A stretch of DNA of 59,954 nt, the filler included, from Sphacelaria rigidula (lineage: Eukaryota): the NCBI GenBank assembly GCA_964200075.2. It is 8 parts of 8 records of this genome, joined end to end, with 100 filler letters (N's around TTAATTAATTAA, not from the genome) between each part and the next. Parts side by side here need not be neighbours in the genome. Positions count along the whole stretch, not along the records: positions 30,030 to 37,436 come from CAXNAA020015067.1; positions 37,537 to 44,942 come from CAXNAA020015068.1; positions 45,043 to 52,448 come from CAXNAA020015069.1; 5 more parts are not named here. One strand, given 5' to 3'. Below are positions 36,691 to 50,100 of the stretch, in pieces. The notes under the pieces were generated by a model, which ran no database searches, was not told where the DNA came from, and saw nothing but the letters and a program-made list of their open reading frames with translations. The position numbers and the translations under genes were made by a program. Positions within the stretch are counted from its first letter, which is position 1, and the number at the start of each line of letters is the position of its first letter.

Positions 36691-37436
36691 ATGCGACAAA
36701 TAAATAGGTGAAACTAAAATAATATATATGTACATTGCCCAGCTCACCATTGATTTACTTTTACACGTAGATAATCGTCGGGGCTTCTTACAGCAGGAGT
36801 CTTGCACAGTAAAGGGCGGCGGTTTTGAAGGTTTCTTCGCCTGCCCCGTCCATGACAGAGCTCTTTTGATCTCAAAGTCTCGGGAGCCGAGGGCCGTGGC
36901 GATAGGCAACTCAAAACCAGCCCCCAAACTATCACGCAGGAAATTGTTACCTTCCTGTACGGGGCTGCCGCGGCATCAGTGGTGATACGCCCAACATCCC
37001 AAAAACAAAACAATTCCTGCAAAACAACATGGAGTCCCTCCCCCGTCCGCAGCCACAGGCAGCAAAAATGCAAAAAAAAATCATGTACACACTCGCGAAA
37101 AAAACAGGAGTGTGATGAGGAATTCGAAGCCATAACTAGCCTGGCAGCCCACGTGCCCCAGTTAACTCGCCACCGTTTACACGCAGTATGTAGCCAAATG
37201 ATACCAAGCCGCAGGTTTGAGTATAATCGCGTGCATGATTGGAGCGGTGGCAGGGGACAGGTGATCCCGGATTGATGGCCCTTTTTCTGTGTGGCCCCTT
37301 GCTGCCTGACTTGTGATCTAATCTTTCGAGGATCACTTCGTGACAAAAACAAATTAGAAGAAAGGAACCAACGAAACCCAAATAGCACGGCAATGACGAC
37401 GATCCAGAGACGTGGGGGGTGGGGGGTGAACCCTCC

Positions 37437-37536
37437 NNNNNNNNNNNNNNNNNNNNNNNNNNNNNNNNNNNNNNNNNNNNTTAATTAATTAANNNNNNNN
37501 NNNNNNNNNNNNNNNNNNNNNNNNNNNNNNNNNNNN
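37437..37536. other. Artificial contig spacer
   Basis: N44-TTAATTAATTAA-N44. Confidence 0.99.
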
Positions 37537-37557
37537 CTTTTAGGCAATCGGGCCGAA

Positions 37558-37610
37558 GAAATCGTGAATTTGGTGAATTTGAGTCGTGATGATTTGCCCT
37601 AACCGTGAAA
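37558..37610. repeat. Dispersed repeat fragment (inverted copy at ~36476-36527)
   Basis: GAAATCGTG.ATTTG.TGA....AGTCGTGATGATTTG.CCTAACCGTGAA. Confidence 0.7.
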
Positions 37611-37970
37611 TGTTCCGCAATAGATTTATCTTCCTCTGCAGGTTACGTACATATGTTTCCTAATCCAACACAATGCACAGCGAACGTTTCTCCATCTGAG
37701 ATTATCGCAGCGGTATAAATCGCGCTGCTGCCCAGACCCAGTTCTTGCTGAAGTCACGTCAGTGGGTTTTTCGGGAATTTTTTTCCGACACATGTTCATC
37801 CGAGGTGCTTAGCTGACGAGCTTGAAATGAACCATGCAATGCGAAAGGTGATCTTGAGGTTATACTTGTTGCGTTGGGAACGTGGGAAGCGATGTATTTC
37901 TAGCGTAGAAGTCCCTCGCAACACCATTTCGTCGGTGCGTGCCCGCGCGGGGGGGGGAAGCGGGAAGTAC

Positions 37971-38155
37971 GCACGATTATGCATGCCGTAGTCGTCTGGC
38001 TATTGACCTCGCATCCCTACACAGCTGGGACGGAGCACGCCGGGTTTCCGCGAACCAGCTTCAGAATCACCATGCACGAAGCACCGTGATGTGTTCGTCG
38101 AGTCGCATGAAGGGCGAGTTGCATCCTGCAAAGATTGTTCGGCCCGAAGCGTGCT
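37971..38155 (+). repeat. Dispersed repeat (copy at ~53065-53245)
   Basis: GATTATGCATGCC...TTGACCTCGCATCCCTACA..GCTGGGAC.GAGCACGCCGGGTTTC...GCATCCTGC.AAGATT. Confidence 0.8.
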
Positions 38156-39174
38156 GCGAGGGGAGGGGGGAGGCGGTGAACACTAAATCACCGGCAAACT
38201 CTGTCTTCCCCAGTCTCACGCCAAATCATTTTGCTCCAAAACGTTAGATTACACTTTGCTCTCGATGTAATACATTTCGATTGTTTTCGCAATCGGTCAT
38301 GCTCGCTGCGTGCCGTAATCTGTCCTGGAGAAAATTAGTGTCAAGCGTGCAGCGTACAGCATCAAATATCGCGATATTCTTCATCGTCTACGGAAATACA
38401 GGGGCATCTAAACCGGTGTTTAAAAAAAGGGGAAGTGGCCGGCGACACACTGACGCGCGTTTTGGTCGTTCGTAACGGTGCAACCCTTCGACCGCGAGCA
38501 TAGATCATCGATTGAACCAGCATCAATTTCATGTCAAAATTACTGCACGACCAGATGATCTACCCTCGCGGTCAAAGGGTCAAGGCAGATTAGCTTTGCC
38601 CGCGCTCAATCGAGCCTACGGGTTGGGTGAGTGTTTTGGGGTTTCCACTACCTTACTCGTATACCGCCCGGACACCCCACACCATTCACTTATATACCTG
38701 TATCATCGTCACTAGCCTTGTCGTACCAGCAAGATATTTCTGCCTACTTGTCTCCCATGATTCACTCCGAGCGCCTGATTTGCTTAAAATATTGTTGGCA
38801 CGCAGTGCTCTTCACACACAGTTGAAACTTTCATGGGGTGTTGGCCGTTTCGTCTCAAGTCAAAGGAATAAGGCGCTCCCCAAACCCATCACCTCCCCCC
38901 TCAGATGGGGTTCGTGAAACACGGGCGAGGTCATGTTGGGACATACGCACCTCCTACAATACAGAGGATCGTCCCATTCTCGTAAAAGGCCACAGCGGAG
39001 GGAAAACCTTTCGAAATAAAATGTGGATGCCATCCCCCTCTCCACCAATAGTCTGATGATTCAATAGCCCAACCCCAACGCTACGTACGCAGACTGGGAA
39101 CCTAAGTTCACATTGGTGTGTAGAGGAAACACTTGGCATTTAGTTACATGGTACTTTTTGTTGTATGTGTACTA

Positions 39175-39677
39175 TTATATGAATGTAACATCAACGTGCA
39201 GGGATGTGTGGTCCGCCATCGCCGCAGCGCCTACTGGCTGCTCACCCTAGGAAGTTTCTCGGAATTTTCATGCCGAGTCCAGTTCGAACCAACAACAGCG
39301 CACGAAGTGAATCACACACAGACAGACTCCACAATTAGTATAGGAGACAGTACAGTCAGTCAGACCATGCGCTTTCTCACCCTGAGGGTCATCTTGACGA
39401 TATACACCATGGATAACGGTACCGAGTGCGGCAGGAACGGCATCAGAAGGAATGCTAGTAGCCATTGGTCGAGAACATAGCCGAGCACCAGAAACCGCAA
39501 TGTAGAAGCGTAGTACCCGGCGAGCAGAAAGACGAGCACCAAGTCGGCCACGATGGCCAGACCAAGGTGGAATATATCTATCCGAAATCTCGCCCGTGTT
39601 TCCTGTTTTGCCTGCTGTCTACGATGCTCCGCAGTCACGGGAGTGAACTGCGTGTAGGAATCCAGGAAGCGGAACAT
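39175..39677 (-). CDS. Candidate two-exon small membrane protein (122 aa); exons 39381-39677 and 39175-39246
   Basis: ATG at 39677; hydrophobic stretches IFHLGLAIVADLVLVFLLAGYY and FLVLGYVLDQWLLAFLLMPFL; donor AGG|GTGAGA; acceptor CCTAG|; in-phase second exon ends in TAA. Confidence 0.45.
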
Positions 39678-40375
39678 GGGATCCACCACTGGTGACCTCG
39701 TTGCTTGGTAAACACACAACAGCCCGAGAGAGTCGCACTAACTACAACTATGGAATAGACAGACGCCAATTCCAAAAACCCCACGAGCACCTTGCAAGTA
39801 CAGTACTCGTATTACAGAACATTTGTCACCAAGCGAACCGGTTCGTGAGAAAAGGTACTTGAGGTGTCATACTCCACTGTGTTCGCGGGAGGGGAACAGC
39901 TGGGAAGCCGAGCTGAAGCAGCATCGGCTTGTGAGTTGTGTGTTGCGGATATACCTCTAGTGCGGTATCTACCTTTTTCATACCTCAAGTGTCAAGAACA
40001 GGAGGATATTTTTTGTTACCAGTGGCAAACGTGAGTGCAGGGAGCGGGCAAGGGTCCCAAGTCGCAACTGGCGCACTTGTCACGACCTGCAGTCATAACA
40101 ACCCTCAACAACGACTACACAGGAGAGCCTTGGTCGGGTAGCCTTCCGCTGCAGGTTGAGTTGCAGGTAGTGATCTGGTTCGAGCACTGCACTCAAGCGT
40201 ATTTCAGGCGTCAACCTACGTAGGCTGGAGTTTTATTCGCTGGGGGCACGGCGACAGCTTCAACACTCCGGTAGCGAAGCGGCGCAACCTGGCTGCACCA
40301 GGCACAGCACATTACGATCAGAGTACAGTACAGCACGGCAACTGTTATACTCCGACATCTACAAGAGACGCAGTC

Positions 40376-41096
40376 ATGTCGAGCTCCAAGCCCAAGATGG
40401 GCTTCTCCATGTCCTTGTCAGGCGGTGGCGGCGGTGGCAAGCGTAAAGGGACGTTCAAAAAGAAAGGCTCGGATGACACCAAAAAGTCCCCTGCTGAAAT
40501 GGCCATGGGACAGAATGACGATGACGACAACGACGGCGACAGCAGCAGGGAGATGGTAACCGCTATCGGAGGAGGTAAGGTGGTAACTGCCGCGCCTGAA
40601 AAATATCGTGGTCCTCTCGTGATTGGTCTGACGCGTAATCACTGGGAAGACGACAACAAAAAAGCCGCCGCCGCCGCAGCAGCAGCAGCAGCAGCACGAG
40701 GTACTGCCGGGTCCTCGTCGCCATCATCAGGCACGACGGCCGTCCCCGCCGGAGCAGCCAAAGAAAAATCTCTGGATCAGCTGGCGGCGGAGGCAATCGC
40801 CCTCGAGTCGCGACCCGAGGCGTCGGAGCAAGGTACGAAGGATAACAATGATCGCTATGGGCTTGGCCTCAACTCGGATAGAGTCATCGGCATGGTACCA
40901 GTTGTCGGCAAGGATGGGCGTGGCGGCGGAGGTGGGCAAGGGAATGATGGTACGGGTGCTGGTGGGGCGGCAGCCTCTTTGCTGGCGCAGAGCATGATAC
41001 CGGGGATTGCGGAGATGGACGGGGACGATGCCAAGTTTAAGCATGACTTGGGGTACCGTGCAGAGGATTTGAGCGTGCGCAGTCAGGCCTATCAAG
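40376..41096 (+). CDS. GPKOW: GPKOW/Spp2/MOS2-like G-patch splicing factor, exon 1
   Basis: ATG at 40376; 721 nt ending ...AEDLSVRSQAYQ-G|GTGAT (phase 1); joins exon 2 as YQDVPIHEFG. Confidence 0.82.
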
Positions 41097-41123
41097 GTGA
41101 TGTAGTTGTGGGGGGTGCGTCCG

Positions 41124-43219
41124 GCGTATATTGCCGTCGCAGGCAGAGTAACAGAACCCGTCGGCAGAGTAGAACGAGTTCCGCCATACTTTTGTACAGA
41201 CCCGTCGGTCCAACCCAACACCATTTTTGGACCTACCCGCGCACAACAGGGCTGGCACACAAGTTTTGAACCCACCCCGCGAAATAGAGCTGGTTTGTAG
41301 CCCACGCCACGGCACGCACACCCACAATACCACAGCTCACACGCACACATACACAGACGAACCACCACCAGCTAGCCGCAAAACCAAAAGCAGCAGCAGC
41401 AGCAGGAGTACTGTAGAATGGACCCCGCTGCTGTCGCTCATGATGAGACCGTTGAGGGCATAGACGTTTGGCAGGCAGCCGAGCCAATCCACACTTGCCC
41501 ATTTTCACCACACATGATGGCACAAAATTGCGCGGAAGACATAAGATCGAACAGCAGGGAGATAAAAGTTCACGGCTCCCGCTCGACAAACGTATACAGA
41601 AGGAAAGTGTATCCAAATACCTACCTTGGAGGGAAATAAATTACGAACCCCATAACTCCTAATATTATTTTCATACGCACTACAAGGCTAGAGTGTGCTC
41701 ACTGTCGTCTCTCTTTCACCGTTTCATTGTGCTACTGGTGGCGGGGGACAACAACAACCGTCTCGAACTCCCGTTCGATGGCGACATCAGTGATCCATCT
41801 AATGTGCTGACGGGGAAAATTGCTTGTGACCATGGCTTTCAGTACAATAAGCGCTACCGTCATAACAATGTATCACAGTACCTCCCGCACAGTACTGTCT
41901 GTATTGGGAATGTGCTACGTGGTACTGCACTGTCCGTGGGGCATACATTTGCTGAAGACAATAAATCTAAACACACGAAATACGTAGGTCGGCTGCTTGC
42001 CAAGTGTGTGAAGCATGTGCGATAGCTTCAACGACGGTTTCCGTACTACAGTACTGCTGCTGCTGTTGCTTTTGCGGCTAGCTGGTTGTGATCTGTCTGT
42101 ATAGGTGTGCATGTGAGCTGTGGTATTGTGGGCGTGCGTGCCGTGGCGGGCGCTATACGCCGACTCTATTTTGCGCGGGTGGATTCAAAAATGGTGCCGG
42201 ACCGGCGGGTCTGCACAAATGTACTGTGCCGGCGGGTTCTGTTAGGTCGCTTCTCATAGTCTGAAAAAAGTCGCTCCAAAAAGTTTGGACGAACGACTGT
42301 TCTCAGTGACTTTTTTCAGAGAAGTCAGTATTCAAACTCCCACATTTTTGGTCTTGAAAAAAATCCTGGGGGTTTGTACATGCAAGGCCATCATCTAGCC
42401 TGCGTTCAGATGGTGGTGATGGACATCATTTTTATTTTTCACCTGTGCCACTTGCGTATCTGACACGCAATCTCATCCAGGCACAGAGAAGATGTGATGG
42501 CAACACAGCACACACAATACACACATGCAGTAGCTACTGGTATAATAGGGGTCGAAACGACTGGCGTACCAACCCTTACTTCAGCCGACCACCGCTTCGT
42601 ACAGACAGTAGTAGTGTCGCAACAGCTGAGCGGTGCAGTGTGCAGCAGTACTGTGTCTGCCATGCCGCACACAAAAAATTCACGCGACGGTCAGTAGTGC
42701 CGTAGAAATAGTCTCGGTACGCAGAATACTCCAGAGTTCACAATGGGTGGCGGGCACGACGAGTATGAAACGACACGGGCAGTGAATTCAGCCAGTAGGG
42801 GCGATACTGTGCTATTTTATAGTAGTAACGCTGCCGGCGAAAAAGCACTGTACTGACTGTCCCTGGCCCTATGGTCATACAGAGGATGCACGGAGTGCTG
42901 CAGCAGCTATGCTGCTGCTACGGCACTGTACATGCAAGATGCGTAGCTACTTTTGCACTGACTGTACTACACTTGTGTGTGAGGAGTGTGTGATGGACGG
43001 CCGCTTGTCAGAGAGTTTGATCTCACTTGAAACTGTCCGCTTTTCTCGGCCAGATTTGGCAAAATCTTGCAGTTTCCAGAGAGCTTTTCCATGAAAATTG
43101 ATCCTATCAGGTCGCGTTCTGCAAACAGTATCTGAAGACTGACCAAAACGACTTTTCCCAGGGACTTTTTTCAGACTATCAAAGGCGACCTTACTCTGCC
43201 TGCGCCGACAAATATACTC
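41124..43219. mobile_element. Long-TIR foldback element (MULE-like) in GPKOW intron 1
   Basis: Left arm ~41124-41417 is mirrored by 42046-42244 plus 43191-43219; TSD unclear. Confidence 0.8.
42245..43190. mobile_element. Non-autonomous PIF/Harbinger-type element nested in the foldback right arm
   Basis: TIRs GGTCGC....ATAGTCTGAAAAAAGTC; TTA TSD at 42242-42244 and 43191-43193; the empty site matches left-arm GGCAGAGTAACAG. Confidence 0.85.
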
Positions 43220-44006
43220 TTGCCTGTGTGGGGCGTTGGAAAAGGAAATATTTGGTGGTTGTGCTTCCAGGACGCTGTCCGTGTCGGCGAATCAAACCGT
43301 GCTGATTGTCACATTCGTCGAAGTCTGTGCTGTAGGTGTGTCGTAGTCTGCTGCTTGCTGCCGGAACAAGTGTTCGGCTATGCCAAGATGGGTTGCTTTC
43401 GCAGTCATGACGGCCGAGCTGAAAGGTTGACTGTTTGATATGGGACCAAGAGCCCATAGACTTGAATCGTTTCAGGTGTTGGATGCAAGAGATACGTACA
43501 TACACCTGAAAACAAAACGCCGTTACAGACGCCGGAATTCGGCAGCAAGCACCACTGACTCCGTTCACGTCTGACAAACGTGTTCGCGCCATTCTGTACA
43601 TGGTATATATTCCCCATTTTCTTCACAAGTGCGCCTGTCAACATTCAATAGTCCAGATGCATTTCATGGGCAGTTCCCGTACGCTGCCTGCTTGAGTCTT
43701 AACCCAGTCCTCAAGTGATGGGGAATGCCTAGAGAGGCTCCCTGTGGAGTGCAGAAAACCTTGCGCGTCCAATGTGACGCGAGCTGCGAATCGCGTTATC
43801 GTCGTTCTCCACAACATGATGCGAAAATATCAGGCTGTAGACCTTATCCATTGTTACTTCGTTGATGAGGCCACGGCGTCACAGGCAGTCCTGCACACAA
43901 ATGTAGGTAAAATGAATAAAACGCTCACTACTCCTGAATTTTTCATCGGAGTCCCGACCGTTTTCCCCTCGTCCCTGTCTTCGTCATGTGCTCGGTGGTG
44001 CTGCAG

Positions 44007-44167
44007 ATGTGCCGATTCACGAGTTCGGGGCGGCGTTGCTGCGAGGCATGGGGTGGAGTGGCCAGACGGGTAATGACGGAGACGCTGACGGGTCGAACAA
44101 CACCAGGGACGTCGTGCCAAGGCACCAGCGCCTGGGATTAGGGGCTCAACCGAAGCCACCCGAGGAG
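44007..44167 (+). CDS. GPKOW: GPKOW/Spp2/MOS2-like gene, exon 2 (G-patch_2 domain)
   Basis: tgcag|(D)VPIHEFGAALLRGMGW...PRHQRLGLGA...PEE|gtgtgg; classic Spp2/MOS2 G-patch; later exons not found in this contig. Confidence 0.9.
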
Positions 44168-44942
44168 GTGTGGTTATGATGATACGCTCTAGAGGTCGTC
44201 TTGTTATAAGTGTGAGGACAAAATACTTCCTCTGTCTCGTAAGTCTGGGCATTTATGGGCGTTTGGGTTTTCCAACGTTGATGATCATCCTATGGTTGGG
44301 TTCGTTAGAGAGGTGAAGCGCAGACGAAGCTGATGGAAAAGCTGATCCCGTAGCAAAGAGCCTCTGTGGGTCCATATTCGCATGTCCCCAGTCAAATGGT
44401 TGAACGGAGACTCGAGCAATGCGCCAACAAGTCTTGTCACTGCTGTACAATTGGGTTTACAAGAGAGTATGGTTTTCCTGTATGCAAGTGCTCCCCCGCT
44501 GTGAGGCGTTGATGTGATTGGTCTGTTGATTGATTGGTGGATGGATTGTGGCACATTTTTTTTTTCTTTTGCCCTTTTCTTTGCTCTTTTTTTATTTTAT
44601 GTTTTGAGTTTACTCTGGTGGTGTGTTGTACCTTTTTTCTGTTTCTTCTATCTTCTTCGGCGAGTGTTTGAAAAAAAAATCTCGGGTACGTCTACCATGT
44701 GACCACGGCTGGATCCTTGAGGGGTCGGTCAAAGTGCGACTATCAATCCATCTATCAATCGACATGGAATGGATTCCCAACGAAGCTAGCCATGGCACAA
44801 GTGTGAACATGAACAGGTATTCAGGTGTGTAGAGTAGAGATGTATGCCCCGATTGGAATGGTACCGTAGGTAGCGGAGAATATCCCCCCGCATCTTCCTT
44901 ATTTATTGAGTACGCTTTTTGTTTGTCGTGCTTGTTGTTTGT

Positions 44943-45042
44943 NNNNNNNNNNNNNNNNNNNNNNNNNNNNNNNNNNNNNNNNNNNNTTAATTAATTAANN
45001 NNNNNNNNNNNNNNNNNNNNNNNNNNNNNNNNNNNNNNNNNN
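44943..45042. other. Artificial contig spacer
   Basis: N44-TTAATTAATTAA-N44. Confidence 0.99.
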
Positions 45043-47109
45043 CGAAACTAGAAATAGCGAAGTGCATGGTTTAAGGTTCCTTCCTGTCCTCTGGGGACAA
45101 AAAATAAAAAAAAAACATACACCATACACGTTTTTTTTGCCTTTTCATACCGAGTGCGTTTGCACTGAATCTCGGGATGCTCCTCTGTATTCCTTGCGCA
45201 AAGAGCTCGACCAAGAATGATCGTGGGGAAAAGGCGAACCCCGGGACTCGCGTTTTGCTAGTACAGCGAGAGGAGCCTTGAGAATAGGGATGACAACCCT
45301 GAGGAGAAATTGGGTGTAATCATTTGTAGGTCAAGATATCGCAATGACCACTGAGGTAGCTAGTCAACGCTAACTGAGTAACTCAGTGGTTGTTGTGATA
45401 CCTTGATAAGAACTAACCTTGGGGCCTGTCCAAGCTGTTGAGCTCATATATTCGTGTTTCCTATTTAACCCCGGGGTTTTCATCACCCCTATATTCACCG
45501 TCACTAGTATGTAGGGTTTACTGTGCATATTCTGGCCCAGCGCGCTTGCAGCAAACGTCAGTGTATTCCACTTCATTTCTCGCGCGGAGAAGCCGGTCAA
45601 GTATAATCATTGGGTGAGTCGAATCCGGGGACCGGCTTATTTCAAGATATCACAATAACCACTGGGGTATCATATTCATCAAAGCTGACAGAGTAGCTCA
45701 GCGCTTGTTGCGATACCTCAACATTGCGCACCTTGCTGGGGTGGAGTAGACAAAGGATCTCCGTCGACTGATCTCAAGGCCGGCAGGAATTATACTGACA
45801 CTTCGGAGGCGAGGTTCGGTTCCTGCTGTCTTCTCATTACAAGATGGCGACGAGCAAGCGGTTGTCGACGGTTGATTGACGATCGTCGGAAATTCTTGCA
45901 GAAAAAAAAGGATGAAACGAAATATATAAGACATATATTTTGACACCCCCAAGAAATTATTCGGAATATCATCGTCCGTTCGGGGCAGTTTTTCGTAATA
46001 CTCTTTGTATCTAACTTCGACCAACCCCCGAATCTATTTCACGAAAAGACAAATTCAGCAGGCCGCGAAATTGGGGGCTAGGCGCGCAGGTTAGCCGGCC
46101 GTCATGATTTTTATCGCAACGCTTTTGCTCTTCCTTGCTGTTACGTTTGGCACCACGATCAGGACCCTGCGCCGGATCCAACCAACGCAAAATACAAGGA
46201 GGAGTTTGCGGAGTGGGCAGCGATGTTAATGGAAAAGAAACCGAAAAAAATGATCGAGTACTGGCGGTCAGAGAAGTACCGACCAAGTCGAGGCTTCACA
46301 GTCCACATCAGTGGCCTGAACAACATGAAATCGCCCGGCGCTTTCAAGCCCCCCAGGTTGTATAAGGTGAGTGTTACCTTTTCATCCTGAGGTCGCGTTT
46401 TCTCGTCTCGCGTACTCTAATTAATGGGGAGCTCCTCCTGTGCAGTCATTCTGCACAGCGAAGGCGCTGGCTTTCACTCACCCTTCGTTTGTTCGCTGGT
46501 GGGGTATCCAGAGAGTGTGCGGAAAGAACGCCTCCCCTGAGAATGGTGCATTTTCGGAACAGTTTCCGAAGGTCCTTCTCGACCATGACGCTAGAGCTCC
46601 TGTTCGTTGGGAAGCGATAGGGCTATTTTCTGCGGTGCTGTTCATCGCGTCCCATTTTATGTTGAGCGCGCTGCTTGTCCTTCAGCTAGGGGAAACGTAT
46701 CGGCTGATCCCACTACTTTAGACAAAATGGTGTCTCCGGAGCAAGTAACCCGAGAAGCAGCGAAACACAGTACAACAAGTAGGCTCTCTGCCATCGTACA
46801 ACCGCCCCGAAGTGCAGGGGGCGCTCTGGTCGATTATCCGGGCACTTTCATCATCTCGCACTCTGCCATCATATCCCGCACACCCTGGTGGTGACACATA
46901 GGGGACGGCGATACTGTAATCAACGTTACTTAGTTCTTGCTCGATTGGCATGAGGTTTGGTATGCGCGTTGATGACACCGAATGGAAACCAACGATACCT
47001 ATTATTTTGACACCCAAGCCGTCGTAGTTCGAACGCTATCCCCAGAACATACATGAGGGGAAATTTCTACAGTAACAAAGCTCGACGTGGTGGAAGTCGA
47101 CGTGCAGGA

Positions 47110-50100
47110 GAAACTAGACGGGAACTGGGGTAAGCGGAAGAGGGCGTGGGGACAGAGGGTTGCCCACGAGTATTGGGTCAGACACTAAGAGAAAAGGGGC
47201 ACACAGAGAAAAGAAAAAAAAGAAGGAGGGAAAGACCAGCTCGGCGAGCGGCCAAACCATATGCTCGCATGTATCATTCTGCTGTGAGGGCGGGCGCTCG
47301 ATCCAAAGAGGTGGTGGTTGCCACCTGGAATGTACGCACCATGGCTGAGAGAGGAACCAATGGTACAGGTCACGCGGAGCACCTGCTGCTCTTCGTCTGC
47401 AAGTACGCTTGTGACTTCATAAACCTATAAGAGACTTATCGCGATGGAAGAACCTTCCAAGTGCCAATCGCGGGGTATATAACCCACTGTAGTGGTCACT
47501 GCGATGGAGACCGGGGTAAACTGGAACGCTAGGAATCGACCTTGCAATATAGGAGTCTACCGCCAGCGCGCTAAGCCCAGGAGGTATCGTCCCCGGGTAT
47601 ATCAGTGCGAGGATGCTGAAGGTGCGAGCAGTTTTCTGACATAGAGTCGCCACGATCTTCATTGTGGGGTACGCACCTACTGAAACAGCAGCCATCTTTG
47701 CCAAGACGGAATTTTCGAGGATACCAAGCAGATCCATCGCCAAAGTGCCCGCCGACGAGCACCTGATACTCACGATGGATGCCAATGCTCGCTCCGGAAA
47801 GAGAGGAGGAAGGGGCCTGGGAGACGATCGGATCTTAGGAGGATATGGCAGAGACACCCCCAATGACAGCGGCATGCGACTCCTGACATACGTTGCGCAA
47901 CACAAAATGACGACCGTCGACACAATTTTTCGCACGTCAAGAAGCGGGGGAAGCTCAGCCGCGTACACATATAAGAGGTCGAAGGGAGTACATCGCTGGC
48001 GCCTGGACTACATCCTGGTACGTCAGCAAGACCGAGACACTCGTCCGGAACGTCACTTTGATCACTCTGCACCTCAAGCAAAAATCAGATCATCGATTGG
48101 TCTCAGCCTCCCTCCATCTCCTCGGACGGAGCGCACCCGACCGCCGTCCAAAAACGGGAGGTGGGGCCAGCGGAGCGTGCCTCGATGGGAAGCTCCTCAA
48201 ATCGGACCGACAATGGAGAGTGAATGTATTGCAGGCCATTGTCACCAAGCTGTCGATATGCCACCAACTCCACCGCAGTCCTGGACATCAATGACATGGC
48301 CTTTACCTTCGCCACCGCCCTGCCATAGACGGCCGCGGATACACTCCCTTGCTGCCCTAAGGAACCCCCATCTGGAGGCTTCTGTGAGTCGTTGCAGACT
48401 CAAGAAAGACTCCAAGAGGCGTGGAATGTTAAGGGGCGTGTATGGGAGAAGCTACGCGCCAGCACCAAAGACCCTGGCCTGAGAAAGGCGCTGCACGTGA
48501 CCGACAAGGCGTTCAAGCGGGTGAACAGCGCTGAACTGCAGAAACGGGTTCACCGGCAGGACAGCGGAGTTTACCAGAAAGAAGGACCAGGCAACGCTGT
48601 ATAGACACATCAAGTCCCTGGAATTGGAGGGGAAGAGAGGATGTGACTCAACCTAGATCAGGAGCGCGCCAGGCGGGTTGTTACGGGACAGGTACGCAAT
48701 TCTGCAGCTGTTGAAGGAGTGATTTGTAATGCTTCTGAACGCAATCTCGACTCCTCTGGCATCGATCTCACCGACCAGATGCCCGTGCACGCACCGCTCG
48801 CGGCCGAACCTTTAATGGAAGAAGTGAAGGGCGCAGTGAGAAAATCGGCGGACGGCAAGGCTGTTAGGACAGACAACGTGCGTGGTGAACTGTTGAAGCT
48901 CGGCCTTACGGAGGACTCTGGCATGCTGAAGTGCCTCCACAACATCGTGCTCACAGTGTAGCGTCGGCATGTAGTACCCCAGGAGCACCCCAGTAGTATC
49001 CCAGGAATGGAGAGATGCAGTCATCAAGGTATTATTCAAGAAGAAGGGTTCGCACGAATACGGTAGCTCCCGCGGTAGTTCGCTAGGGGACGCGGTCAAG
49101 GTGGTCTGACGATAGGTGCGACTCGCCTCAGCGCCTACTGCAAGTGGAAGAGAATCCCACCAGAAGCTCAGTGCGGCTTCGGGTCCGGCCGGTCGACAGT
49201 CGACATGGTGTACGTTATGCGCAGACCCCAAGGAGTGGCCAAGGAGAAGAATCTTACACACCCCGTGTGCTTCATCGATCTCCAGGACGCATATGACTCA
49301 GTTGACCGCTCTCTTCCCGGAAAGGCTCCGGCAAGATACGGCATCCCGGTCAAGATGATACCCATTTTCTGCCAGGTCTACGACGACATGCGGGTGTGCG
49401 TACGCCTCGACAGCGGCGAAACGTCTCAGTGATTTGACCTTGACCAGGGCATCCGCCGAGGCCGTGTGATTGCCCCCGGTTTGTTCAGCATCTTCGCGGC
49501 GGTGCTGACGGTGGCGCTCGATCGCTTCTCGATCAAGGAAGCGACGGCAAAGGACTTCACTTGCATCGCTACAAGGGGCGGGAGGGCCGGGGACGAACTG
49601 AGCAAAGAGTGCTTTGAGGTATGCTATACGCCGAAGTCGTTGGCATCGTCTCGCGATACATCTTTCCTCGGCTATGGGAGAGAAAGAAATAGCCGCGCCG
49701 AGAACCGAACTCGCACTTTTTTTGTTCGTCAAAACAAGGTCCACCATTGAACCACTTAGTCGGCGCCGACGAAAAGCCTTAGTGGTTGAGTTCCTTCTAA
49801 TAAGCACAGCTAAGCCTGACAAAGACGATGGCGGCCATCGTCGAAGTTTGTGCGGCGCTCGGCTCTGTCGTGACCGGAAAAAAGACGAAAGCCATACATA
49901 TGCGCTCCCTAGACATGAAGGCGGATGGGGTTGACGTGAAGGCGACAAAGTCAGTAGCATCGGCGATGTCATTCCTGAGGTCAGCAGCTGCATTGGCCAG
50001 GCCTGGAAGTGCTTCAACAAATACAGCAGAGTGGTATACGACGACCGGTAGATCGCCTAGGCCGCACAGGTTTGTCTCCTGAAGGCACGAATGATCGGGA

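Noticed and set aside
47110-47210. HDV-like ribozyme in the RTE 5' UTR
   Set aside because: One hairpin (CGTGGG...CCCACG) is visible, but I could not build the nested pseudoknot or place the catalytic C.
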